Shown: piece by piece, positions 55,123 to 64,000 of the stretch
How the letters are laid out: each line of letters begins with the position of its first letter
Position numbering within the stretch: position 1 is the stretch's first letter
Source of the DNA: Myxococcota bacterium
GTDB taxonomy: Bacteria > Myxococcota_A > Polyangia > Nannocystales > Nannocystaceae
Assembly (NCBI GenBank): GCA_039028615.1
Contig: JBCCHT010000057.1
Coordinates: forward strand, 11,156-75,155
Direction of reading: 5' to 3'
Length of the DNA: 64,000 nt
Notes under the pieces: model-generated
What the model was told of the DNA's origin: nothing
The model's input: the letters and a program-made list of their open reading frames with translations, nothing else
The model's database searches: none
Program-made: the position numbers and the translations under genes

Positions 55123-56121
55123 CTACCAGACACCCGGCTCGGTCGCGCCGAGCCACAACGCCTGGCCGATCTCCACCTGGAAGTCGACGTCGTCGGGTCG
55201 GTCGCGGTAGTTCACGAAGCTCATCGTCGCCGGGTCCCACTCGCTGAGACGATGGACGAAATCCAGCGCATCGAAGATCTCGCTCGCGGGTACGCCGGGC
55301 GCGGGAAGGTAGAAGTCGCCGGGCTCCATCGTCAGGCGCAGCGGCGCCGCGACGAACGAGCGCCCCACGTCGATGGCCAGGTCGAGATCCCCGGTCGGCT
55401 GAGGCACGACCCCCGTCAGGTGCAGGCGCCCGGCCGCCCCCATGCACACCGCAAAGGCTTCGCCCGAGTCGAGGGCGAAGTCGGGAGCCGGACCCGTGCC
55501 ATTGAACGCCTGCCAGCTCTGCGAGCTCGCGTTCCACCGCCCCGCCCACAGGGCATCGGGCAACGCATCGAGCACGGCGGACCCACTGTCGATCGACGCA
55601 TCGAGCAACGGAATGCCCACGTTGTTGGCCCCCTCGACCAGGTCGAACACCATCATCGCCGTGGTGGTGGTGTAGCCCATCACCACCCCGTTCGAATCCC
55701 AGCCGACCACGCGATAGTAGCGATGGTCGTCCCCCGAGGCCGCGCCCGCGTCGGCGAACGAAAACGAGGTCTCGCCCCCCGCCGCCCACACACTGCCGAG
55801 GAAGGTCGACAGCGCTCCCGAAGCGCCAAAGGGGCCCGGCGTGAAATAGGGGCCGGACCCCCGCGAGACGCCATACTGGACCGCCCCGGGGATGGGCTCC
55901 CACTCGAGCACGGCATCGTCCCCCACCACGGCCACCTCCATGGCCACCCCGGGGACCGCCTGCATCGCATCGTCCTCGGCCACGAGCGCATCCGAGTGGG
56001 CAATGGGGTGCAAAGAAGGGTCGGCCTCGAGCCCGATGGGCTCGCCGGTCGCAGGGTCACAAGCGCCCAAGCCGAGAAGCGGAACAATGACGATGGAGAG
56101 GAGCAGGTTCGATCGGTGCAT
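55123..56121 (-). CDS. Lipoprotein with fibronectin-III-like domain and two related beta domains
   Basis: Lipobox LGA-C; LEW..PGA.QY.V..YYRVVG; LDSGEAFAV and VEIGQALWL internal repeat. Confidence 0.72.
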   Translation of the reverse strand: MHRSNLLLSIVIVPLLGLGACDPATGEPIGLEADPSLHPIAHSDALVAEDDAMQAVPGVAMEVAVVGDDAVLEWEPIPGAVQYGVSRGSGPYFTPGPFGASGALSTFLGSVWAAGGETSFSFADAGAASGDDHRYYRVVGWDSNGVVMGYTTTTAMMVFDLVEGANNVGIPLLDASIDSGSAVLDALPDALWAGRWNASSQSWQAFNGTGPAPDFALDSGEAFAVCMGAAGRLHLTGVVPQPTGDLDLAIDVGRSFVAAPLRLTMEPGDFYLPAPGVPASEIFDALDFVHRLSEWDPATMSFVNYRDRPDDVDFQVEIGQALWLGATEPGVW

Positions 56122-56458
56122 GTTGGATTTGGTCCTTCGCGTGACGAGGCGAGCGCATGCATGTTCGAAGTCCCCCCGGACTTCGATGCACTCGCGCAGT
56201 GACTGGCCGATTCGGTCGGTGCGATCCGATTCGGTCGGCCTCTTATTTGTCGAAACCTCGGCTGCGGATTGCGAAGGGTCGGGAAAAACTTTGCGGTGTG
56301 ATCGAGCTACGACCGGCGACGATCGAGTCGAATATTCGTCGGCGAATCGAAGTCACGGTCCCCTTCGAAGACCACCCCCGACGAACCACGAAAAAACGCG
56401 CCCCGTCGGCGTGCTCGCATGGGCACACCGAGAGGCGCGTTCGTTCGGCGGCGATGAC

Positions 56459-56977
56459 CTAGATGCCCGCCAGCGGGTCGTTGGTGTCTTCGACGAAGTC
56501 GACCTTCGGGCGCGACTTGGTGGAGGGGAGCTCGTCGCTGGAGACGGTCTTGGGCGACATCTTCAGCGATAGAGCCACGTCGCCGTTGCGTACGATCTTG
56601 GCCTTCTTGGCAGCGGCTTCGATGGTGGTGGTCTCGAGCACGGCTTTGCCGTCGCGCTCGTAGCCGATGGTTACGGCGAGCTTGTGCCCGCGCTCGTCGG
56701 CCTTGCGTACGGTGATGGCGACGGCGTGGTCATGGCCGTCGGCGCTCAGGGCCAGCGAGGTCTCGGTGTCGAGCTCGACGAGCTGGGCAATCTTGCCGAT
56801 GGCTCGCCCGTCGGCGGCAATCGACAGGCGAAGGTCGACCACTTCGCGAGTGTCGGACTCGGAGCTTTCGGTGCCGGCAGCGACAGCCGAGGCGGCCGGA
56901 GCGGCTACGGCAAAGGCGACCGCCAGGGCCATGGAGCGAACGAAACGAGGGGACAACGGCGAAGCAAGGTGAAGCAT
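56459..56977 (-). CDS. Hypothetical secreted protein
   Basis: Ala-rich signal peptide, beta-rich body, ends DPLAGI. Confidence 0.68.
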   Translation of the reverse strand: MLHLASPLSPRFVRSMALAVAFAVAAPAASAVAAGTESSESDTREVVDLRLSIAADGRAIGKIAQLVELDTETSLALSADGHDHAVAITVRKADERGHKLAVTIGYERDGKAVLETTTIEAAAKKAKIVRNGDVALSLKMSPKTVSSDELPSTKSRPKVDFVEDTNDPLAGI

Positions 56978-57047
56978 AGTCAACGCGGATCTCTGACGGA
57001 GGTCCCCGTACGCGATTCACGTTGGTTCCCGGTCACCTGGCAATTTG

Positions 57048-57059
57048 CTGTAATTACAG
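57048..57059. promoter_or_regulatory. Perfect 12-bp palindrome in divergent intergenic region (operator candidate)
   Basis: CTGTAATTACAG in AT-rich context. Confidence 0.5.
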
Positions 57060-57167
57060 TGCATTTTGCACGTGTTCGAGATGTAGCCCCTGCACCTACC
57101 TCATGGAGCCGACGGCATTTTGACCGGCTTGCCCCGCGATGGGGCTAGGGCCTAATACGTTTCGACC

Positions 57168-58451
57168 GTGAGCGTCGACGCCTCTTCCGAATCCCCTGCG
57201 CCTCCCCTTCGCGGCATTCGGGTGTTGGATTTTACGCAGAACCTCCCGGGCCCCTACGCCACCTTGCTGCTGGCTTCGCTGGGGGCCGAGGTCATCAAGG
57301 TCGAGCCTCCGCGCGGCGACACGGGACGACTGCTCGGGCCGATCTTCGAGATCGTCAACGCGGGCAAGAAGAGCATCGTGCTCGACCTCAAGACCGAGGA
57401 AGACCGCGCCCGACTCGACGAGCTGTTGCCCCATGTCGACGTGCTGCTCGAGGGCTTCCGCCCCGGAGTCATGAACGCGCTCGGCTGCGGGCCCGAGCAC
57501 GCGCGGGCTCGCAGCCCCCGGCTCATCTACTGCTCCATGAGTGGCTACGGCCAGGGCGGGCCCTATCGCGACTACCCCGGCCACGACCTCAACTTCCAGG
57601 CGCTCACCGGGGTTTGCCACATGCTGCGCAACGCCTCCGAGCGCCCCTTCGGCTGTGCTCTGCCCGTGGCCGACCTCAGCTCGGGCCTCAGCGCGGTGGC
57701 GACGATCAACGCCGCCTTGTTCGGGCGCGAGCGCGATGGCCAGGGTCGTCACATCGACGTCGCGCTCACCGACACCGTGCTGTCGTGGGTCTATGTCTGG
57801 GCCGAGGGCCTCACCCCCTCCGATGCTCGACTGTCCGGGACGCTCGGTCCGCTGCGTCGCTGGCTCGATCATCAAGCCGCCACCAGCTCCGCCGCCGCGC
57901 CCTGGCTCGAGCGAGCGTCGAAGTGGCTCGCCACCGATCGCGCCGCCGAAGGGGTCGACCGCATCGGCGAGCACATCAAGCGCAGCGGCCCCTGGCGACG
58001 TCTGGTTCGTCTCCGGCTGCATGCCCTGCCCCACTACGCGCTCTACCAAACGGGCGACGACCGCTGGATCAGCGTGGGCATCGTGGACGAGCGCAAGTTC
58101 TGGGTCGCGCTGTGCGAGGGCCTGGGCCTGCCGCAATCGGTCAGCTCGTCGCTCTCGGCCATTCCCCTGGGCGCCCGGGTCATCACCGCGGGACCCGTTC
58201 GTCAGGTCATCAGCCGCGCCTTCCGGCGTCGCTCGCTCGCGCAGTGGCTGGAGCACTTCGACCGCCGCCAGATCCCCGTGGCTCCGGTCCTGCCGCTCGA
58301 AGAGTCCCTCGAGGATCCGCAGCTCGCTGCGCGCGTGCTCGACCCTCGGGGCAGCGCCGCCACGCCCTTCCCCTTTGCGGTTCAAGAACTGGGCGACGCG
58401 CCGCAGCTGGGGGCCGACACCGATCGCCTCATGGCCTCGGTCCGCACCTGA
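57168..58451 (+). CDS. CaiB/BaiF (family III) CoA-transferase
   Basis: PLRGIRVLDF..LPGP, GAEVIKVEPP, EGFRPGV, GHDLN, PVADL. Confidence 0.93.
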   Translation: MSVDASSESPAPPLRGIRVLDFTQNLPGPYATLLLASLGAEVIKVEPPRGDTGRLLGPIFEIVNAGKKSIVLDLKTEEDRARLDELLPHVDVLLEGFRPGVMNALGCGPEHARARSPRLIYCSMSGYGQGGPYRDYPGHDLNFQALTGVCHMLRNASERPFGCALPVADLSSGLSAVATINAALFGRERDGQGRHIDVALTDTVLSWVYVWAEGLTPSDARLSGTLGPLRRWLDHQAATSSAAAPWLERASKWLATDRAAEGVDRIGEHIKRSGPWRRLVRLRLHALPHYALYQTGDDRWISVGIVDERKFWVALCEGLGLPQSVSSSLSAIPLGARVITAGPVRQVISRAFRRRSLAQWLEHFDRRQIPVAPVLPLEESLEDPQLAARVLDPRGSAATPFPFAVQELGDAPQLGADTDRLMASVRT

Positions 58452-58472
58452 TCGCCGCGAAACGAGCGCGGC

Positions 58473-60851
58473 TCAGCCCGAGTCGCGCTCGGTCGACAGC
58501 GGCGCGAACAAGTCGTCGACGTCGTCTTCGGTGAGCTTGAGGTTCGGATCGCCCGCGCTCAGGATGCTGTCGGCCAGGTTCTGCTTGCGCCGCTGTAGCG
58601 CGACCATCCGCTCTTCCACGCTGCCGCCCACGATCAGGTTGTAGACGAACACGGGGCGCGTCTGGCCGATGCGATAGGCACGGTCGGTGGCCTGGGCCTG
58701 GGCCGCCGGGTTCCACCACGGATCGTAGTGGATGACGGTATCGGCCCGGGTGAGGTTGAGCCCCGCCCCGCCCGCCTTGAGGCTGATGAGGAACACCTCG
58801 GCGCGCTCGTTCTGGAACTGGTCGACCATCGCCTGGCGGTCGGCGGTCGAGCCCGTGAGCGACACGTGGCGAATCTTCTGCTGCGTGAGCCGATCGGAGA
58901 TGATCTTCAGCATGCTGGTGAACTGCGAGAACACCAGCACCCGCCGACCCGCGGGCACCATCTCCTCGAGCATCTCCATCAGGGTCTCGAGCTTGGCCGA
59001 CTCCTCGACCGCGCGGGCCGAGGGCACGGGCACCAGCCGGGGGTCGCAGCAGACCTGGCGTAGCTTCATCAGCGCCCCGAGGATGTCGATGGTCGACGCC
59101 GCGATGCCCTTCTTCTTGACCACCTTGCGCACCGCCGCGTGGGCGGCGAGGCGGATGCTCTCGTACAGGTCGCGCTGCGCTCCGGGCAGGTCGACGCTGC
59201 GCATGATCTCGGTCTTGGCGGGCAGGTCCTTGGCGACCGTGTCCTTCATGCGACGCAGGATGAACGGCGACACCCGCTTGCGCAGGGTCTCGAGGCGAGT
59301 CTCGTTGCCGAAGCGCTCGATGGGGGTGCGGAACGCCGACCGGAAGCGCTCGTGGCTGCCCAGCATGCCGGGCATGAGCAGGTCGAACAGCGCCCACAGC
59401 TCGCCGAGGTTGTTCTCGATGGGCGTGCCCGTGATGCACAGCCGCAGCTCCGCGTCGATGGCCTTGACCGCCTGATGGATCTGGCTGCGCGGGTTCTTGA
59501 CGATGTGCGCTTCGTCGAGGATCTGAATCGAGAACGTGTGCTGCGAGAAGGTCTCCATGTCGCGGAGCACGAGCGGATAGGTGGTGATCACCACGTCCAC
59601 CTCGTCGATCCGATGGAAACGCTCGCGCCGACGCGGCCCGTGCAGCACCAGCGCCCGGATCCCCGGGGCAAACTTGGCCAGCTCGCGCCACCAGTTGCCC
59701 ACCAGGCTCGTCGGCGCCACCACCAGGGCCGACTGCTTCAGCCGCCCCGCCGCCTTCTCCGTGACCAGGTGGGCGATGGTCTGGAGCGTCTTGCCCAGGC
59801 CCATGTCGTCGGCCAGGACGCCGCCCGCCCCGTGCTTGGCCAGGTTCTGCAGCCAGTTGAGGCCTTCTTGCTGATAGGGTCGCAGCGTCGCCCGCAGCTC
59901 GGCCGGCGGCAGCACCTCGGGCGCGGGCTCGTCGCGGCTGATCACCGCCCGGCGAGCGCACAGGTCGGTCTGCCCGCGCAGCTCGAGCGACGTGTCCTCG
60001 CCCAGCGCCGAGTCGAGCTCGTCGAGGTACGTGGGGACCATCTCGGGGACCCGCAGCGTGCCCTCTCCGTTGCCTTCGACCTCGTACAGCTCCCGCACCA
60101 CTCGCAAGATCGACTGGAGGCGCTCGGCCGGCACGGCCATGTAGCAGCGATCGCCCACGGGCACCGCCGTCAGTCGCTTGGCGCGCCGCAGCAGCGCCCC
60201 GAGGCCCGCGCCGCGGCTCGTCTGGAGCAGGTCGAGCAGCACGGGCAGCAAGTCGACCTTGCGGCCCTCGACGTCGACCCCCAGCTCGAGCTCGAACCAG
60301 TTGGGGTCGTCCTCGGCGCTCGACTGCACGTCGGCGTACCAGGAGGACTCCTGCACCACCTTGGCCTGGTAGTTGGGGGAGATCTCCACCTGCCAGCCCT
60401 GCGCGCGCAGCTTGGGCACGGCTTGGGCCGAAAAGGCACACAACGTGTCGATATTCCCGGTCACGTCGACGACGTAGTCGGGCTCGATGCCCCCGAAGCT
60501 GGCGTGCGTCTCGAGGTGTCCCAGCTCGACCGGGCCAAAGCCTTCCAGCACCCGTCGGGCCTGGGCCTCGCCATCGTGATCGCGCCGTCGCTCGTTGCCG
60601 CCGGGCAGGGGGAGGCGATCTCGGAGATCGGCCGCCGTGACCCTCACCCCGTCGTAGTCGAAGCTGACGTAGAGCACCGCCGTCTCGACCTCGCGGTACT
60701 CGGCACCGAACCCGCCGCCTCCGTCGTCCACCATCACCGGCTCGCTGACGAGCCTCAGATGGGGCGTGAAGGAGTACGAGGGGCTGGTTCGAGAGCCAGA
60801 AGCGCGTGACGGCGCCTCGGGATCTACCGACGACAGCGGGGGGATCCGCAC
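58473..60851 (-). CDS. SNF2-family helicase/ATPase
   Basis: LADDMGLGKT, DEAH, TGTPIEN, FSQF, GLNLT.AD, QATDRAYRIGQ. Confidence 0.96.
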   Translation of the reverse strand: MRIPPLSSVDPEAPSRASGSRTSPSYSFTPHLRLVSEPVMVDDGGGGFGAEYREVETAVLYVSFDYDGVRVTAADLRDRLPLPGGNERRRDHDGEAQARRVLEGFGPVELGHLETHASFGGIEPDYVVDVTGNIDTLCAFSAQAVPKLRAQGWQVEISPNYQAKVVQESSWYADVQSSAEDDPNWFELELGVDVEGRKVDLLPVLLDLLQTSRGAGLGALLRRAKRLTAVPVGDRCYMAVPAERLQSILRVVRELYEVEGNGEGTLRVPEMVPTYLDELDSALGEDTSLELRGQTDLCARRAVISRDEPAPEVLPPAELRATLRPYQQEGLNWLQNLAKHGAGGVLADDMGLGKTLQTIAHLVTEKAAGRLKQSALVVAPTSLVGNWWRELAKFAPGIRALVLHGPRRRERFHRIDEVDVVITTYPLVLRDMETFSQHTFSIQILDEAHIVKNPRSQIHQAVKAIDAELRLCITGTPIENNLGELWALFDLLMPGMLGSHERFRSAFRTPIERFGNETRLETLRKRVSPFILRRMKDTVAKDLPAKTEIMRSVDLPGAQRDLYESIRLAAHAAVRKVVKKKGIAASTIDILGALMKLRQVCCDPRLVPVPSARAVEESAKLETLMEMLEEMVPAGRRVLVFSQFTSMLKIISDRLTQQKIRHVSLTGSTADRQAMVDQFQNERAEVFLISLKAGGAGLNLTRADTVIHYDPWWNPAAQAQATDRAYRIGQTRPVFVYNLIVGGSVEERMVALQRRKQNLADSILSAGDPNLKLTEDDVDDLFAPLSTERDSG

Positions 60852-61034
60852 AGGAAACGCATTATGGCCAATGCTGGATCCGTGTCCAGTTCTGAACGGA
60901 TCTCGGGATCATCTCTTCGAATTTTTTTTCGCCGAACCCCTGAACGAAAATTGGGGGATTGACGATCAACCGGTGACGCGTTCGCAGATTCGTGCCATGG
61001 GTTTGCCCGACCCGTGGTCCGAACCGCGTCCCAT

Positions 61035-62186
61035 ATGGCCCTGCGCCTCGCGACCGCCTACTCGGCGATCTTCTTTTTTGTCGGGCTCTACCTTCCCTTC
61101 TGGCCCGTGTGGCTCGGGCACCGCGGCATGTCGCCCAGCGAGGTCGGCCTGTTGCTCGGCGTGTCTCCGTGGACGCGCGTCATCGCGAGCCCGATCGCCG
61201 GACGTTGGGCCGACCGTACCGGACGCGGCCACCGACTCGTCATCGTGCTCGCCCTCGCCGTCGGCCTCGACCTGCTGCTCTTCCAGCTGTCGCAGGGCTT
61301 TTGGACGCTGCTGCTGCTCACCACCATCCTCGGCTTGGTGCATGCCCCGATCATTCCCTTGGTCGACGGCATCACCCTCGGCGCCGAGGCCCACGGAACG
61401 CTGAACTACAGCCGCGTCCGACTATGGGGCTCGGTCGCCTTCATTGCGGCATCGTGGATCGGCGGCGAGCTGCTCGAGCTCCACGGCGAAGAGATCATCG
61501 TCTGGCTGATGGTCTCCGCCGCCGTGTTGACGATGCTGGCGTCGTCGGCCTTGCCCGCGCCCATTCGTAACGCCTCCGACGACACCACTCCACAGCAACC
61601 CTCGAAGACCACCGCGTCCGACTTCAGTCCGCGCTCGCGGGCCTTCATCAGCTTCCTCGTCATCGCCGGACTCCTGCACCTGAGCCATGCCGTGCTCTAC
61701 GCCTTCGGCACCCATCACTGGCGCGAGGCCGGACTCGACGACGGCATCATCGGGCTTTTGTGGGCGGAGTCGGTGATCGCGGAGATCCTGCTCTTCGCCA
61801 TCGCCCCCCGAGTGCTCAAAGGCGTCTCGCCTCGAACGCTGTGGATGCTGGCCGGAGTCGCGGGCCTCGTGCGATGGACCGTGCTCGGGAGTACCACCAC
61901 GCTGTTGTGGATCGCCGTCACCCAGGCGCTGCATGGCTTAACCTTTGGGGCCCTGCACCTGGGCGCGATGGCCTACTTGCGACAGCAGGTACCCGACGCC
62001 GCACGGGGTCATGCCACGACCTTGTACTCGGCCGCCGCGGCCGGGCTCGCCCTCGGAATCGGCCTCCCCGTGGCGGGACAGCTGTATCAGCACGTCGGCG
62101 GGCAGGCGTACTGGCTAATGTCGGCATGCTCGGGCCTGGGCCTGGTGCTCGCGTTCATGCGCCCCACCGCCGCCAAAGCCGGATAG
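61035..62186 (+). CDS. MFS transporter (HcaT/nucleoside:H+ symporter-like)
   Basis: About 12 TM segments; LPFWPVWL, YSRVRLWGS..F, QALHGLTFG. Confidence 0.92.
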   Translation: MALRLATAYSAIFFFVGLYLPFWPVWLGHRGMSPSEVGLLLGVSPWTRVIASPIAGRWADRTGRGHRLVIVLALAVGLDLLLFQLSQGFWTLLLLTTILGLVHAPIIPLVDGITLGAEAHGTLNYSRVRLWGSVAFIAASWIGGELLELHGEEIIVWLMVSAAVLTMLASSALPAPIRNASDDTTPQQPSKTTASDFSPRSRAFISFLVIAGLLHLSHAVLYAFGTHHWREAGLDDGIIGLLWAESVIAEILLFAIAPRVLKGVSPRTLWMLAGVAGLVRWTVLGSTTTLLWIAVTQALHGLTFGALHLGAMAYLRQQVPDAARGHATTLYSAAAAGLALGIGLPVAGQLYQHVGGQAYWLMSACSGLGLVLAFMRPTAAKAG

Positions 62187-62437
62187 AGCCACTGGATCAT
62201 TCTGCGGCCGCCAATGCCCCAATGCACCGGGCCAGCCTTCAATCGCCCCGTAGCTCCCGTTCGGCCACACGGCGCAGGCGTTTCGCCGCTCCGCCCTCCG
62301 ATCCGCGAGCCCGGACTGCCGGGGCATCGGCTCCCATCGCTCGTCCGCCCTGGGCCAGAGCCGAAGCCGACGATCCATCCGCTCGCGGCCCCCATGCCTG
62401 GCGCGCTGGGGGCCGGAAATTCACGACCACGCGTCGG

Positions 62438-62950
62438 TCAGCAGAGCCGATCGCCCTGATTGCAGCTGACATCCACCGCCAGCTGCACCGCCTCGGTCAC
62501 CGGGCCACATGCCGCATTGCCACAGACCGCGAAGTCCACCTGGGCCTCGATGGTGTGCGGGCCCTTGGCCTCGGGGGTGAACAACACGGTGAACACCAGC
62601 GCATCGTCGTCGAAACGCTCGGCGTCCGTCTTGCGGAGCATCTTGGTATCGAGCGAAATCGCCTCGGGTGCCTCGAGCTTCAGCTTGGCCGGATACTCGA
62701 GGTTCATGTGCCACGGCGCCTTGGGCCGGACATGAACGCGAGCGATCGCCTCCTGGCCCCGCACCGTCTGCGGCGGGAGCTCGACATCGACCGTGTAGTT
62801 GGGCTCGACGGGAATGCCCGCCTCGGCCTTCGCCGCCGCCAAAGCAGCCGGATTGGGCTTGGAAGGCTTCTTCTTGGCGCTACAGCCAGAGAACGCGGTA
62901 ACGGCGCCAAGCGTTAAGAGCAAGATCGGTAAACGAGACAACCCCGGCAC
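62438..62950 (-). CDS. Lipoprotein with DsbD-N-like Ig domain
   Basis: Lipobox FSG-C; PWHMNLEYP; FAVCGNAAC Cys pair. Confidence 0.7.
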   Translation of the reverse strand: MPGLSRLPILLLTLGAVTAFSGCSAKKKPSKPNPAALAAAKAEAGIPVEPNYTVDVELPPQTVRGQEAIARVHVRPKAPWHMNLEYPAKLKLEAPEAISLDTKMLRKTDAERFDDDALVFTVLFTPEAKGPHTIEAQVDFAVCGNAACGPVTEAVQLAVDVSCNQGDRLC

Positions 62951-63321
62951 GATGACATAACGGTACGAGGGGCCCAAAGCGTTACCCCCCAAAACGTACT
63001 TCGTATCGGAGAGCCAACGCACATCCCTCGGGATACCCACGAGCGTCCACGCGAGACCGATGCAACGCAGGAACCCTGCCGGCCCGCTCCGCACCGCTCA
63101 TTCGGTGCTTGGCTAGAGCCAGGCTTCTACGGAGTCGGGACCGCGAGACCTCCAACGGCGCAACCCAGCGGTCAGGCTCGGCGACGCTGGAGCTCCCGCC
63201 ACGAAAATCGGAGACGTCGAGTCCGATCGGCGCGCTTCGACTCTTGGCTTCCAAGACCCACCGAGCTCGTGCTCCACGGCCCCGTGCCAGATCCTCGAGG
63301 CCTCCGAAATCCCTTCGAACC

Positions 63322-63358
63322 AAAAAGGAAGGGCCGGCTCCTAAAAAGGAGCCGGCCC
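63322..63358 (-). terminator. rRNA operon terminator
   Basis: GGGCCGGCTCCT/AGGAGCCGGCCC stem followed by TTCCTTTTT on the minus strand, directly after 5S. Confidence 0.85.
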
Positions 63359-63363
63359 ATAAA

Positions 63364-63480
63364 TCCGGCAACGTCCTACTCTCCCACAGAGTCACCCCTG
63401 CAGTACCATCAGCGCTGGAGGGCTTAACTACCGAGTTCGGGATGGGATCGGGTGTGGCCCCTCCGCCATAGTCACCAGAA
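63364..63480 (-). rRNA. rrf: 5S rRNA
   Basis: Reverse complement contains CCGATCCCATCCCGAACTCGG, GATGGTACTG and GGGAGAGTAGG. Confidence 0.97.
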
Positions 63481-63627
63481 AACTGTTGAGCGGAGCGACG
63501 CGGCTACCTCGAGGGTGCCGCGGTCAGCATTGTTTCCGAGTCACAAATCGTTGTTGATCTCAGTTTCGCTCGAAACCTTGGATTCAACCCTACGCCAAAA
63601 GAGCTGAAAGTGCGTGCGAATCGACTT

Positions 63628-64000
<373 letters not shown>

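Noticed and set aside
56207..56238. Direct repeat CCGATTCGGTCGG x2
   Set aside because: Only two short GC-rich copies; no further support for a function.
58473..60851. SNF2 helicase as part of an anti-phage system
   Set aside because: No methylase, nuclease or other defence genes adjacent; the neighbours are metabolic and transport genes.
62982..63471. ORFs overlapping the rRNA terminator and 5S
   Set aside because: Non-coding rRNA trailer; the translations lack protein-like features.

Overview
High-GC bacterial chromosomal segment, most likely a myxobacterium (Myxococcota, Nannocystaceae-like). This is inferred from a MYXO-CTERM tail, eukaryote-like Ser/Thr kinases and about 14 lipoproteins, many with long acidic Ser/Thr/Gly tethers. 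The window holds roughly 55 supportable genes, tRNA-Ala(CGC), and the distal end of an rRNA operon on the minus strand (3' part of 23S, 5S, terminator). No CRISPR array, integrase or transposase is visible. Most long ORFs in the track are antisense shadows of real genes. Best candidate for an undescribed system: a four-part module present twice in different gene orders (29.9-34.7 kb and 47.8-51.3 kb), comprising an ECF sigma factor, a single-pass anti-sigma-like protein with a conserved periplasmic helical domain, a small predicted outer-membrane beta-barrel with a Cys-containing N-domain, and an interchangeable surface lipoprotein. It looks like TonB-receptor-free cell-surface signalling. Other highlights: a CarH-like B12 photoreceptor whose operator-like repeats overlap the -35 of a divergent sigma-70 gene; a PHM/DBH-type copper monooxygenase fused to a putative c-type haem domain; an apparently exported TldD/TldE pair; an RRE-like/YkgJ fusion; a 34-aa ORF inside mutually exclusive RNA pairings; and shared (L/F)D(V/I)(G/A) and C-terminal PAG motifs in unrelated lipoproteins. 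All calls come from reading motifs by eye. No database searches were run, and start codons are best estimates.
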